Below, piece by piece: positions 33,859-47,786 of a stretch of 64,000 nucleotides of DNA. Position 1 is the stretch's first letter. Every line of letters starts with the position of its first letter. Source of the stretch: Antedon mediterranea (taxonomy: Eukaryota > Animalia > Echinodermata); the NCBI RefSeq assembly GCF_964355755.1, contig NC_092672.1:19295237-19359236 (forward strand), read 5' to 3'. The position numbers were made by a program, and so were the translations under genes. The notes beneath the pieces were generated by a model. That model was not told the DNA's origin and made no database searches. It was given only the letters and a program-made list of their open reading frames with translations.

Positions 33859-36800
33859 CTTGTAGTACTACTACTGCTAGGACTATGCCTAGTGGTACTA
33901 GGTACTAGTAGGAGTTTGCAACAAGTATATCCCCAGTTTGCAACAGCAATGACATCCACTCCAATGATGGCAGTGGAAACAAAATTGGTGACACAACATC
34001 ATAGTTCAGATTCAACTGAAATTCAGTAAGATTCTATGATTTTCAATTTCAAAAGTAACATCAAATAAATAATGCAAAATATGATGTGTTCAAACTAAAT
34101 ATGATTTGTAATTAAGTTTGCCATTAGGCCTGTGTTAATTATATTATAATACAAAAATAACCATGATTACAACAATTGTAATAAATTGTTACTTGTGAAT
34201 TGGTAATCAACAAGTCAATCAGTTTACAACACATTGTTGGTTTGCTTTCAGCCTTTCAGGTATATCTGGAATAGATCAATTAAGCACTACTACTAGTCAT
34301 GGTTCAGCCAGTTCACCAGCACCAGCACTTTCATCTTCTAATGAATTGTAAGTCAATGTTTAATTTACTGAATTGCTGAAATAACAGTAACATTATCAGA
34401 TGGCATTGGTATATTATATTTGTTAAGAATCATTACATTTTCTATGTTTCTTGTGATACTTCTGGGAATGGTATGTGATGGTGGGCTTCAAAGGCACTCA
34501 ATGTAAATTGTTAAATAATAACTCCTTCTGTAAGGTCACTGACAAGTGAATGTACAGTAAATGTGTAATGATGCACTATACAATGTAATTTATTTATTTA
34601 AACAATATTTTACAATTGGGTGAATATTCAATGGTTTAAATGAAATTTTGTTATTTTTAGTGAAAGAGATACTGAAAGAAAGGCAGAATATGAAAGCAAT
34701 GCTGGAAAGTCAAAGTAAATATATTTTGCAATAACAAAGAATGCATGTTGTACTGATGGTGAACAGTTTATGGTGATTGTACAGTACATAAACATTGAAT
34801 TCAATTTCCATAGAAATCAAATCATTTAATATCCATCAACCAATGTCAAGTTGGGTAGACAATTGTATTGCAATTAAAACTGTGTTATGCTTGTTTTCCT
34901 AGTATCACTATTATTGAAATTGACATAAGTGAATCAGATGATGATGAGGATGAGTATGATGATGATCCAGACTACGACCCTCCTTTTAATATCTTCCTGT
35001 GGTAAGTTTACATGTAACATTGTCATTGTGTAATGCCTATTTTAAGACTACTGTTTAAATTTTATTCACATGCAATTACTAAAGCTGTACTACATATTAT
35101 TGCCGTTCATAATGCCAGTGACTTGACAATAGTGTGCTTTTATTTTTATTTTATAGTCGAAGGAAATGGTTAATTTATATACCATACTATTCTACATAAA
35201 GAATCTGTGGTCAAAACTTAAAACTAAATTCTAGTCTACATTGGTAGTAAACTAAAATTGTGTATTAATTAATTGTAATTTGATAAAATAAGTAATCTTA
35301 ATTTCATGTAAAGCAATTAAGTTTGAATAAAGTCTCATTGTACTTTATTACAGTCCCACTGCAGCTCTTGATCTGCAAGAAACAACTTTTTCTGAAGAGG
35401 AATTTGAGGAGGAATTTTACAGTGATGATGAGGAAGAAGAAGAAACCGATAAAGAATCTTCTGACAATATTAAACATGTCAATATTATGGAAGATTCTCC
35501 AATACTCCTCAATGATGAGACATGTTTGGTGTATGCAAATTGTTTAAAATCTTTGGCGTCCATGACTGTAAATAAAAACTGTTCCAAGCAAACGTGCAAC
35601 AAGCCTGTCAACATGAACACAAAATTTATTGGATCAGCAATATATTTTAAATGGGTAGGACATCACTTTCATCACTTTTGAACATACCATGTACATGATT
35701 GAATAGCAAAGAACAGTAAAAAAAGTTTCTGCTAAATTTCTTGTTCTAGTGGTGATCTTTCATAAAAGACACTATAGTACTGTATCTATTAATTAATACT
35801 TGTTATATTTTTTAAGATATGTGTTAATGGACATCTAAACAATAAGTGGTGTTCCCAACCAATTTTGAACATGGAGGTGACCTGTTAACATCAACTGCTA
35901 TATTGGCTTCTGGGAACAACTATGGAAAGATAGCTTTGTTTGCCAAGTTTATGAAACTGCACATAGTAAATTGTAACACATTTTACAGAATACAAAGACG
36001 CTATCTGGTTCCATCTATAAACAAGTTTTGGGATAAAACACAGGAGGAGATTCTAAAAAGTCATGAAGGAAAGGAGGTTGTTTTGCTTGGTAGGTTTTGT
36101 AATTAACACTAAATTCTAAAATATCAAGGGTTAAATGGTTTAATTTGCAAACCATGAAATCTAATAAATCTTTATATTTAGGAGACGGCAGAATGGACAG
36201 CCCAGGCCATTCCGCACAATTCTGTACCTACACCATGATGAACAAAAGCATTCTGTCAATTATAACCCTGGACAAGCGTGAAACCGGTGGTAAGAGTACA
36301 GCAATGGAAAAGGTCGGATTTCAAGACAGCCTAAAATGTCTTGAGGAACAAAATGTTAGGGTGATTGAATGTGTTACAGATGCACATATGCAAATTGGTG
36401 CAATAATGAGTATGTATTTCTTTTCTGTAAAATTTATGACATTAAACTTAGATTATACTTGATAATGCCAATGTTATTAAAGTAAAATTTTCACACTATT
36501 TAAAATTGCATGAATTGTATATCTATTATATAAAATGTGCTATTGTGTATTTTTTTTATCAGAAAAAGATTATCCAGAGATAAAACATTCATTCTCATGA
36601 TATCTGGCATGCTGCAAAAAATCTGGCAAAAAAGTTGATTGCAGTAAGTTTGAATACTGTATTTATTATTTTTTTTATTTTGTTTTATTTATAGAGGGTA
36701 ACGCTTCCAGCTGGACAGATTAATGCCAGGGGCAATCTTAAGTTCAACTAATACAAATAAATACATAGAAAATATGTAGTCATAAGATTCCTGCTGTAAA

Positions 36801-38267
36801 CTCATGTTCTTAACTTTATTTTCTGAATACATGTTACTAGGCAGGACAGAAAAAAGAGTGCAAAGCATTACTAAGTTGGAGCCAGGACATTGTGAACCAT
36901 TTCTGGCATACATGCGAGGTTGCAAACACATATGATGAATTCATTGTAAGTACAGTATGCCTATGGTTAATGTATGATGAATAACAGAAATGCATTTAAC
37001 TGTACCAGGATGTATCATATGTTAATAATCTTGGCAATTCCAGTGTCAGTGATTATAATTTTTTTATTATAATTTTCTCTTTGTGGTTTATACAATAAAA
37101 GGGTATTTGGTGTGGTGTTCGTTGGAACATGAATGGATGTTGTCGTACAGTGATAGCGGAACGGCCTGTTGCAGCCATGGCCCATTAGAAACAGATAGAG
37201 ATAAAGGCTGATTAGCAAAAGGCGATCCAGCACATAATGCATTGAGGAACATTGTTTTGAGCAAAAGGTTCCTCAACAAGATTCCATACTGGCTCAATTT
37301 CCGGTGAGTACTTTGTGTAGGATGTAGAAAAAAACTGTATTGAGAACCTACTGTGTTGAAATAGGATTTTTTATTCTTTTTACAGTAAACAATAAATGTT
37401 AAATTGTTCTATAAATTATGCTTTTAGTAATAATTAGCAATGTATTGTTTATATTTAGAGGAACAGCTGAATTGGAAAATTTCCACCAGTGCATTCTGAT
37501 GTATGCTGCTAAGCGTTTTTCCTATAGCCCACCAGTTTACAAGGCAAGAAATCTAATAGCAGCATTGGATTATACATCAATCCACCAGAGACCCATAAAA
37601 AAGAATAATGATGGGACCACACGGTATACTTTCTAGTTAATTTAATATTTGTTTCAACTGCCAGCAATTTGTGGATGTGATCTGCTTTCCAAATTCCATA
37701 TAAACATGATCGATTTAACATTCTCACAATAAAGGATACATTGTTATATACAGTGATAATTAAACAATGTGAAATTGTAATTCACTTGGCCCACAATGTT
37801 CTGCTTTTCTTTATAGGTATCAACGTTTATTCAACAAAAAAAGCAAAAGGTGGACAGTGGTACCTGTCAAAGAAGAGAAAACGTATGGGTACATCCAAAC
37901 CTTGTTTGAAATGGTTGTTGAGCTGCGATTAATGGACGATACCAGTTTGAAGGCAGCATTGGATTTAGATGTAAATGATCCTAGAAGAATTTGCCCAACA
38001 ATTGCTCAAGTTCAGCCACCACCAACACAGCAATTAGTTGATGACAAATTATCACGATTTTAAATAATCCAGAAATTCATGATTGATATACAGTAGTATA
38101 ATATATTATACAGTAGTATAATAGATATATTAATTACCTCATTTTTTATTATGTACTCGTATTACAATTTCAAAATATTTCCTGTAATATTTTGTTTCCC
38201 ATTACATCATATATGAACTTTAAGTGCAAAATATTTTTGTTTTATTTATAAATAATGTACAATGATT

Positions 38268-39517
38268 TTATATACGAGCTGGTTGGAACCCAACGTATTG
38301 GCCAAATTCATCAGGATAGCGGTCTCGTATTTTCAAAACGCAGCAACTTGGAATAGTCCTGCAAATTCCTATGCCAAGTCTGCCATGCTGCCACAAAATA
38401 TACTGTCTGTAGGCAGTATGCTTATGGCCTCTGCTCCAGTTGTTGTCTAATGGGGCGACTAAAACATCTTGCCGGTATGCCCGCGCAATGTCTAACACTG
38501 CCTCATTCAGAACAAGCAGTTCAAAGTCCTAAAAAAATGTTGTTAAATGTTAAAAATGTCTTTACTATATTTATGTGTATTAAATATGTTGCAAAGTGAT
38601 ACAAATGGGGGATTAATTGTTTACAATAAGGGGGTTGGTCATATTTCTTCTTTTTTGTAAGTAGTTGCTAAAACTAGAAATATCAAATCAAATAAATACT
38701 TGAATAATTAATATCAATGTTATGTAAAGCAATGTGTGACATAATTACTTTTGGTTTGATCACAGTCAATTTCTATTGATTATGGTTTCATATCAAAATA
38801 CCAAATATCAAATCAAATAAATACTTGAATAAAAATTAATATCAATGTAAAGCAATTTTTCTTTAAAAAAAATTAAAATATTGTACTTACTGGAAGTAGG
38901 GATGTGCAATTATCGGGATTATACCCACAACACATTCGCTCTACCTGTGTCGGCATCTCACGGCAGGCGTGGCACACACACCAGTCTGGTGCAGCTCCAT
39001 CAGCATCTGGGTGATGTCCTCTTTCAGGCAGCTGTTGCCTATCCAAAACACTTAGAATCAAGCCAGGATGTTTTTTTGCTGCCTCTTTTAAAAGATTCCG
39101 GACTTCATTCTCATTAAGTGCATCTATTTTTGACTGCAAATTAAATACAGGCTGCATATAAATATAGTAATTTACAAAACCAATTTTTTCATTTTTAAAG
39201 CTATTTATTTGGGATGCTGGTATCCAATAACTTTCCTATGTTTTGGTTTTCCATGATACATAACTTAAAAAAATAATCATAAAACTTTCATGCATTGTTG
39301 TCACGTTCTTAAATCTCCATTCTAGACATATATCCACAAAATAAAAAATTCTTACACTACAGAAATGTTTTCTTCTCTCTGTTGTAGAACAATATGGGTT
39401 CCATCTTTCTTTCCTCTCCTTCTCCTTCCTCTTCCTCTTCCATTACCTCGTCCTCTTCCCCTTCCTCGTTGCCTTTGTCTTAAACCTACTTCTGGACTTG
39501 ACGGTTCAGATGATGTA
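38268..39517 (-). CDS. KolX / P2X7-ballast-like Cys-rich protein, 3 exons seen (38268-38528, 38891-39133, 39356-39517), 5' end lost
   Basis: [58 protein letters not shown]; in-frame splicing ISV|SKID and SLLP|DFEL. Confidence 0.85.
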
Positions 39518-39705
39518 CCGTACTGACGCGGGTATAAGCCCACCCCCCTCGAACATGAAATCACGTCAAGTTTGGGGGGTGGGCTTATACCCGAGGATTT
39601 AAAAATGCAGATCGTCAAAAACAGCACATGTACACTGTGTATTCCACCATGCGAGCGAGCGCCCTCACGTGTACGACGTTGCCTCTAAATACACGAGGTG
39701 TAGAG
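39518..39705. mobile_element. Left part of a TA-inserting Tc1/pogo-like MITE
   Basis: TA-CCGTACTGACGCGGGTATAAGCCCACCCCC with internal inverted GGGGTGGGCTTATACCCG; it truncates KolX and its partner end was not found. Confidence 0.5.
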
Positions 39706-39939
39706 CAAAGATCGTATAGCGCCACGTAGTGGCGCAAGATATGGAACTGACGCTCGAAAAATGATAATTCCATGGGCAGCCATTCCGGCAAGCGGATTAC
39801 CCAGTAGGCAATGCGGCACGCCACCAAATCAATGAAAACAAATAGGATTTACATCTACGCGATAAACAGTACGACTTTATTTTATCTTTCGCGTCAAAAT
39901 GAAAGAACATCTATATAAAATTCGATTATATAAATTTAC

Positions 39940-42239
39940 TGTCGTGTATCGTCGTAGACAAATTAATAAGTACGTTGAGATGAGTATAATAATGAACGTA
40001 TTTAATGAAACCAACTAGTAGTCATGAACAATAGTATAGAACGTTTTGTAGGCTAACCTCATCAGACCATATGCGCAGTACGCATATATATATGTGCGCG
40101 TGCATATACTACACTCCTCCTTTCTTATTTTAACGTTAACATTATATCAATAAGCACAATAAACTTTCGTTAATTATTTTGTTAATCAAATAGGTTAATC
40201 ATCGTGATTAAATTACTGCTTCTATAGTTCCAGATAGTTCTTATTTGGTTCCTCATAATAATTAACAAATGTGAGTAATTCTCACCATTATAATTTTGTG
40301 TAAAAACATGAACAACATAACTTTAACGTTCATAATAATAACATTGTTCACAAGTTCTATATCTCTTCGATAAGTCGTGTTGGCTTCCTTCGAAGTCGCG
40401 TGGAGCGTCGTGGAATAACCTCAGGCGATGAAGACAATCTATGTTCCTCTTCAACCGGTTGGTTGGTGGATGTTTGCTCTTTGTTCGCAATCGTTTCGCT
40501 CGCAATCGTTATTGGTACTGTCTGTTTAATCTTGTGTTCCAACTCGCTATGTAAGGTAGGGGTTTTACTCGCGTAAGCGTCCGCGTCTGTCGCTTTCAAC
40601 TGGTCAATGTGTCTTTTCCACACTCGGCCATCCTCAACACTAATTACGTATGATTTTGGAGCGGTACGTTCTATCACGGTACCTGGCCACCACTTTCCCT
40701 CTTGTCGGAAATCTTTCACTAATACCATTTCACCTGGGTAAAATTCTCGTAGATCTTTCGTTTTGTCGTGATGAAGCTTCTGATCACTCTGCTTGTTAAG
40801 TACCTTGTTTTCTGTACTGGGATGTAAAAGTGATACTCGCGTTCTCAACTCACGGCCCATGAATAACTTTGCTGGCGTTTGTCCCGTAGTTGCGTGTTTT
40901 GTTGTGCGATACGATAAAAGAAATCTGTCCAAACATTGTTGGAAATCCTTCCCATTAGCTCGGCTTGCCGCTAACGATCTTTTGAAAGATTGAACCATTC
41001 GTTCTGCTGCTCCGTTGCTTGCGGCGTGATAAGGTGCAACCTTTACATGTTTCACCCCGTTTTGCTTTAAGAAGAATTCAAATTCGTCGCTAACAAACTG
41101 AGGTCCCTCGCTTACAAGTTGAACAGGCAATCCGTATCTACTGAACAACTCTCTCATCGCTTTGATGGTCGCTGCACTCGTCGTACTGTTCATCTGAACG
41201 ACTTCTGGCCATTTCGAATATGAGTCAACCACTACTAGATAATCTCGTTTATCTTTCTGCGCATAGTCAATATGTATTCGTGTCCAAGGCTGATTTGGCC
41301 AGATCCAGGGCATCATTGGTGCTACGCTTGGTCGACTTTGTGTTTGGTGACATGCTTGACATTGCTTCACCAATCGTTCAATGTCGGAATCTATCTGGGG
41401 CCACCAGACATGACTTCGCGCAATCTCTTTCATACGCACGATTCCGGGGTGAGCACAATGAAGCTCCTCCAGAACTGCCCCTCTGAGTTTCGGTGGAATC
41501 ACTACCCTGTATCCCCACAGCAAACAGTCCTGTTCTACACTCAATTCGTCTCTTCGGTGTAGGAATGGTTTTAGATCGTCGTCGTTTTCTGACTGCCATA
41601 AACCTGTCTGTACCATGTATAACACTTTGCTCAATAGCGGGTCTTTCCTGGTATGCTGTTGTACGTTCGTACTCGTGACTGGCAAATTGTCTAATGTATG
41701 CCCCGCTATGTTATATACTGCATCGTCTTCCCGTCCTTCGTATGGCATTGGGAGACGTGAGAGTGCGTCGGCAATTACGTTCTGTTTTCCAGGAATGAAC
41801 TTTAAATCGTATTCGAACGCTGACAGCACGATTGCCCATCGCTGTAATCTCTGTGCGGCCAGTGTCGGAATAGCTGATTTAGGTCCTAGAATGCGTTCAA
41901 GTGGCTTATGATCAGTTCTTATCGTGAATTTCCGTCCGTATAAGTATGTTCTAAACCTTTGAAGTCCAAACATGATGCTTAGGGCTTCCTTGTCTAGTTG
42001 TGCATAACCCTTTTCGTGTTTATGCAGGCTTCGCGATGCGTACGCGATCGGTGTTTTGATATTGTTCTCGTTTACGTGGCAAATGACTGCGCCAACTCCG
42101 TATGGTGATGCGTCCGTGTATAGTTCCAGTGGTTTTAATGGGTCATAATGCGTCAACATCATGTCTTCGCTAATAATTCGCTTTACCGCGTTAAACGCTT
42201 TACTACATATACTATATATGTGCGCGTGCATATACTACA
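39940..42239 (-). mobile_element. Internally deleted Mag-like Gypsy
   Basis: 3' LTR 39940-40113 with PPT AAGAAAGGAGGAG. Only the terminal ~27 bp of the 5' LTR remain (42213-42239). 5-bp TSD TTTAC on both sides. Confidence 0.9.
40357..42200 (-). CDS. Gypsy RNase H + integrase, open but N-truncated
   Basis: LYTDASPYGVG, TDHKPL, LHCAHPGIVRMK, RIHIDYA, PYHAASNGAAERMV; the catalytic SDNGPQ motif is shortened to SEGPQ. Confidence 0.9.
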
Positions 42240-44750
42240 TTTACTCCATTTGATATTACACTTACATATGCGTATATCACTGTCCAACCTCAAACGGCTA
42301 CAGAATAAACACTGACTGTATGGAGGACGAATTTTGTAGGCAGTCGGTTGAGGCATAGTTATAAATAGTGTCGCGGGGCGCAGCGCGATGCTACGCACTT
42401 CACGCCCAAGGTCGGCCGCGTTTGGCCTAGGCTGGGATGATGGCTTAGTTTATGTGCGAGAGAAGCATTTTTTTGGAGATGAATTGTAATAATTGCCAAA
42501 TATATTGTCCAAAACTGTCTTTTTAATTTAAAAAAAAAAAAATTAATGGGCAGGGGGATGTTCTTTCCCCTGTTCGGACCCTCTCTTTCTATTTTGTGTG
42601 CTTCAGGCCTACAAAGTTATTTCATTGCAAGGGGAATTTTACTACGATCTGCCACAACTGTAGTATACTGTACAAACATTACTAGATACAAAAACAATTG
42701 TTACATTTTTTTAATTTCAAAAAAGTAAAAGTATTAAATATTAATTTTAAAAATTCATAATCATAATTTGTTCTTTTCAACCCACTTTTATTAGCTCAAC
42801 TTTCAATATTACAGACAGGATTAAAATGCAATAAAAATACTGAAAAATCTCACTTTATACAATATTAATAAATAATGATGGAATAATTAAATACACTCAA
42901 TAAATAAATTACGAATGTATGGTTTTAGCCTTCTTAAATACAAGGAAAATTCTATTATTTTGATTTCTTGTATTACAAAAGAAGCCAATAGGCCTAAACA
43001 ACAGTACTGATAATAACTGAATTCTGGTTATTTCCTTTCACTTAAAAGTATGAGGTGTGTGAAAATAGTGATTTTATTTGTAATCCCATAGGATACTGCT
43101 CCTTTTCAAGAATCAAAAATATAAACTATTATTACTATTGAAATATAATTGTCCATCAGTTCTGGCCTTTGTATTTAATTCTTGTGTAAAATACCACTTT
43201 GCACTCAATCATCTATCTTCTCAATTTTACAGTATGATGACAGACTTATATCTTTCTGAAATAGGGAAAAATATATCATTAAATTATTAGGTCACTTTTC
43301 GAACTGTTACATAATCATTTGATTACTTATTATAGTATTTTAAAATACTATACATTTTTAAATTCAAAACAAAAGTCAATATACTATTTATTAATAATTG
43401 TAAGTATTCAAAAATGTTTACATTAATTAACTAAATATTTTTCAAATAAAGATGAAGAACAAAATAAATATGAGGATCAAATTTATAATTTAAATTTATT
43501 AAATAAAAAAAACAAACAATTCATTCATTCATAATAACATTTATTTCTTATCATTTCAAAGTAAACAAAATAACAATTTAAATATACATAATTAAGAGGC
43601 AACACCCAGAAAGTAATAACATTTGGAGGTTTCCCTCCAAAAAAACTTGTGACGGGTAGCCAGTTAAGAAATTGTAATCATATTGGAGTTTAAACAAACA
43701 GAAACAAGACAAACAAACATGTAAAGCAAGACAACGACAAATTAACAACAATAACAACATCCTCACGATTTTTGATTTCATTACATTTAATTATTTCTGT
43801 TAATGTTATTATTATTATTAATAAAACGCTATATTGTCTTGTACATTTTTATTAAAAATTCCTAATTCCCGAACAGCTTCAGTTTTTTTCTTAATCTTCC
43901 ATCCATCCAAGCCTTGTTTGATCCATCTATCATCAAGACGCCAATCAATATCATTCATCCTCCCAGACTTTTTTTTATTAATCATACTAACTAAACTAGG
44001 CCTAGTATTCGGCATTAAATATGCCCAGGCCTACTACTACTAGTACTAGGCCCTAGATCGGATTGCGCAGAAACGCCTGCCTGAACTAAATTTAAACAAC
44101 AATTTAATAATTTTGTTAATGTTTACTAACAAAAAAATATATATTCTAAAAACTTACCACTACAATTTACCCAATACAACAACTCCCTGCCCAATACAAC
44201 ACGAGAAAACTTCCCGAACAAACAATAACACGTCACACGTGGATGTGGTTCAATGGTTTATTATACACTTCCGGGGTATGTGATCGCGTAACTTGCTTGC
44301 CGGAATGGCTGCCCATGGAATTTCACTCATGCGCAGTGTATAAGAGATAGGAGTTCCCTATCTTGCGCCACTTCGTGGCGCTATAGTATCTTTGGTGTAG
44401 AGTGCCGGAAAATTAAGCTTATAGTTCGTGTAATTTATCGTAGAATATCTTATTTTAAACATCAATTTAACAAGAATTTATCAAGCAGAAAAGCAAGTAT
44501 ACAATGTTCGTTAAATAGAAATGTACCAAAGAAATTTAATAAGCTTGTTTATGGCAGCCGATACCAAATAGTGGTTTTCCGTTTTGGCGACTTGTGAATG
44601 TAGCGTCGTGTGTGAAGCGATCTTCGACCGCGATGGAGTGTAAACAAAACAGGACGGCTAGGCCTCATATGGCCTAGCGTATATTAGCCTAGCTTGGTTA
44701 TGATCAAAGGTAGGTGTATTCGGTGTATGGACGTCGCCAAATACAAAATA

Positions 44751-47580
44751 AGGCTGGTTTCCTGTCGACGTAAGAACATCACTTTTGTTGCGACTACGTC
44801 GATTTGTCGTAAGAAATGCGGATTTTACAGGAAACCGATTACGATCGAAAATTTACAAAATCGACGCAACGTAAGAAAAATGGTAACGACAAACGATTTT
44901 ACAGGAAACCGATGACCTAACAATTGTTGCGTTACGACGTTTTCTCCCGATTTTACAGGAAACCGGGATTTTTGATCTTACGCTTGAATGAACGCCCTTG
45001 TGTCACGTTTCTTACGTCTCTTACGAAAGTTGACTTGAAGTCAACTTTCGCAAGAGACGTAAGCGCAATCGAACAAGCAACCAATGAGCGACAAGAGTTA
45101 TGACGTAATGTGTATGTCCTTATAGTGAAATAAAGCCGGACAATAACATTTGTATGTATTTTACTACTATAATTTTAGCCCACTTTACGATGTTGTACAT
45201 ACTTTACAAATGCACAGTAGTGTCAATAATAGGCCTAATAATGTTCTAATCAGGGAGTTTACAACTCATATCAAAATCTAATACTCTTATTTATGGACGT
45301 GCAATAAACAATCAGCATCGGTAGAAACGTCACGAAAATGAACATTTGCAACAAGATAAGATATAGAAAGCCCCTTTGTAAACAATATAATATTATGTAA
45401 CTTTCAAAAAAAATTGTTTGCTTGATTTTGTATAATTTATATTGTTTTGTTAAATTTATTCTTATTATAGGCCTGTAAATAATGGGTATCTTACTGCGGT
45501 AGTACTATCTCATGCTCGATTAGAGTATGCCTGGGCCCATAGGCCAAGGCCTAGCCTAGGGCCTAGGTAGGTCTAATAATAATAGGAATCCCGAAATGAT
45601 TTGCCTTTTTTTAATTTTGAAAACTGTTTAAGGCTAGGCCTAAAGGGCCAGGATAATTCATTCATATTTTGATTCATACAATAATACTTAGGCCTACTAG
45701 CCTAGGCTCCTATAGGCTAGTTTGATTAGATTTTGGTCAAATCAATTCCTATTAGTACAGTATTAATTAAGTATTATTACTAATACTATACTAGGGCCTA
45801 GCCTATCTACTAAAAATGATATGTTGGTGTGCTGCACTGACACTGATGCTGAGTTGCACTGACACTGATGCTGAGTAGCTACAGGTACAATAACATCATT
45901 CAACATTTCGCGCGAAAAATGATAAAACCCGCTCTAAAAAGAAACACCAATCAGAGATGTTGTTTCAAATACGTCATAAATCTGACCGACGTAAGAAAAA
46001 AATTTCAACTTTCGTAACAACACTAAAATCGACGTAAGCATACGACGTGTGTTTCACAGCTAAAATTTCAACTTTCGGGAGCAGCATAACTACAGATGTT
46101 TTTCTGCGGCCCGACACGATCTTGACTAACGTCAACGACGTCAATTTTTTCTCAAATTTCGTAAGAGACGTCTCTTACGAAAGTTGAGAAAAAATTGACG
46201 TCGTTGACGTTAGTCAAGATCGATCGTGTCGGGCCGCAGAAAAACATCTGTAGTTATGCTGCTCCCGAAAGTTGAAATTTTAGCTGTGAAACACACGTCG
46301 TATGCTTACGTCGATTTTAGTGTTGTTACGAAAGTTGAAATTTTTTTCTTACGTCGGTCAGATTTATGACGTATTTGAAACAACATCTCTGATTGGTGTT
46401 TCTTTTTAGAGCGGGTTTTATCATTTTTCGCGCGAAATGTTGAATGATGTTATTGTATTTGTACCTGTAGCTACTCAGCATCAGTGTCAGTGCAACTCAG
46501 CATCAGTGTCAGTGCAGCACACCAACATATTATTTTTAGTAGATAGGCTAGGCCCTAGTAGGCCTATTAGTAATAATACTTAATTAATAATGTACTAATA
46601 GGAATTGATTTGACCAAAATCTAATCAAACTAGCCTATAAGGAGCCTAGGCTAGTAGGCCTATGTATTATTGTATGAATCAAAATATGAATGAATTTTCC
46701 TGGCCCTTTAGGCCTAGCCTTAAATAGTTTTCAAAATTAAAAAAAAGGCAAATCATTTCGGGATTCCTATTATTATTAGACCTACCTAGGCCCTAGGCTA
46801 GGCCTTGGCCTATGGGCCCAGGCATACTCTAATCGAGCATGAGATAGTACTACCGCAGTAAGATATCCATTATTTACAGGCCTATAATAAGAATAAATTT
46901 AACAAAACAATATAAATTATACAAAATCAAGCAAACAATTTTTTTTTAAAGTTACATAATAATATTATATTGCTTACAAAGGGGCTTCCTATATCTTATC
47001 TTGTTGCAAATGTTCATTTTCGTGACGTTTCTACCGATGCTGATTGTTTATTGCACGTCCATAAATAAGAGTATTAGATTTTGATATGAGTTGTAAACTC
47101 CCTGATTAGAACATTATTAGGCCTATATTGAAACTACTGTGCATTTGTAAAGTATGTGCAACATCTTAAAGTGGGCTAAAATTTTAGTACTGTAGTAAAT
47201 ACATACAAATGTTATTGTCCGGCTTTATTTCACTATAAGGATATACACATTACGTCATAAGTCTTGTCGCTCATTGGTTGCTTGTTACGATTGCGCTTAC
47301 GTCTCTTGCGAAAGTTGACTTCAACGTGACGCAAGGGCGGTCATTCAAGCGTAAGATAAAAAATCCCGGTTTCCTGTAAAATCGGAAGAAAACGTCGTAA
47401 CGCAACAATTGTTAGGTCATCGGTTTCCTGTAAAATCGTTTGTCGTTACCATTTTTCTTACGTTGCGTCAATTTTGTAAATTTTCGATCGTAATCGGTTT
47501 CCTGTAAAATCGCATTTCTTACGACAAATCGACGTAGTCGCAACAAAAGTGATGTTCTTACGTCGACAGGAAACCAGCCT
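44751..47580. mobile_element. 2.8-kb spacerless palindrome of two head-to-head Harbinger-type MITE copies
   Basis: Both ends read AGGCTGGTTTCCTGTCGACGTAAGAACATCAC; symmetry axis at 46169/46170 (gtaagagac|gtctcttac). Confidence 0.92.
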
Positions 47581-47786
47581 TAAGTGTAAAAGGAGCAAGA
47601 TGATAAAAGCCACGTGGTGAGCTTGGTCGCGTTCCACTAAGCAGGTCGGCATCCTTTGTGATCGTCACTCCCGTATTGTAGAGTAGCGGTACCTCCGTCG
47701 ATCAGTAGAGTTGATGAAGCCACATGGTCAGTGCTACTATACTACGCGCCCCTTTATTAAGTACAATAAAAACAAAGGCTAGGACT

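Larger units (their letters stand above)
31932..38063 (+). pseudogene. Multi-exon Kolobok DDE transposase, disrupted
   Basis: GT-AG exons starting MASQKGQ.. with motifs GDGRMDSPGHSAQFCTY, VTDAHMQI, HDIWHAAKNL, HIVNHFWH, TAELENFH..MYAAKRFSY..ARNLIAALDY. A MITE sits in exon 2 and there are frameshifts. Confidence 0.85.
31605..39517 (+). mobile_element. Kolobok DNA transposon (transposase + convergent KolX); right end not found
   Basis: TTAA + AGATGTATTGTCCCCCTGAA left end shared with the 21902 family; two convergent spliced genes. Confidence 0.88.
39706..44394. mobile_element. Non-autonomous P-like DNA transposon
   Basis: TIR CAAAGAT..TATAGCGCCAC.., subterminal inverted ccatgggcagccattccggcaagc, 8-bp TSD GTGTAGAG (39698-39705/44395-44402). 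Confidence 0.82.

Noticed and set aside
38268-39157. Host P2X7 purinoceptor gene
   Set aside because: Only the ballast-like domain is present, with no P2X channel exons, and it lies within a Kolobok element.
43520-43810. Possible LINE 3' tail with (ATTC)n
   Set aside because: No coding remnant or second copy in the window to support it.
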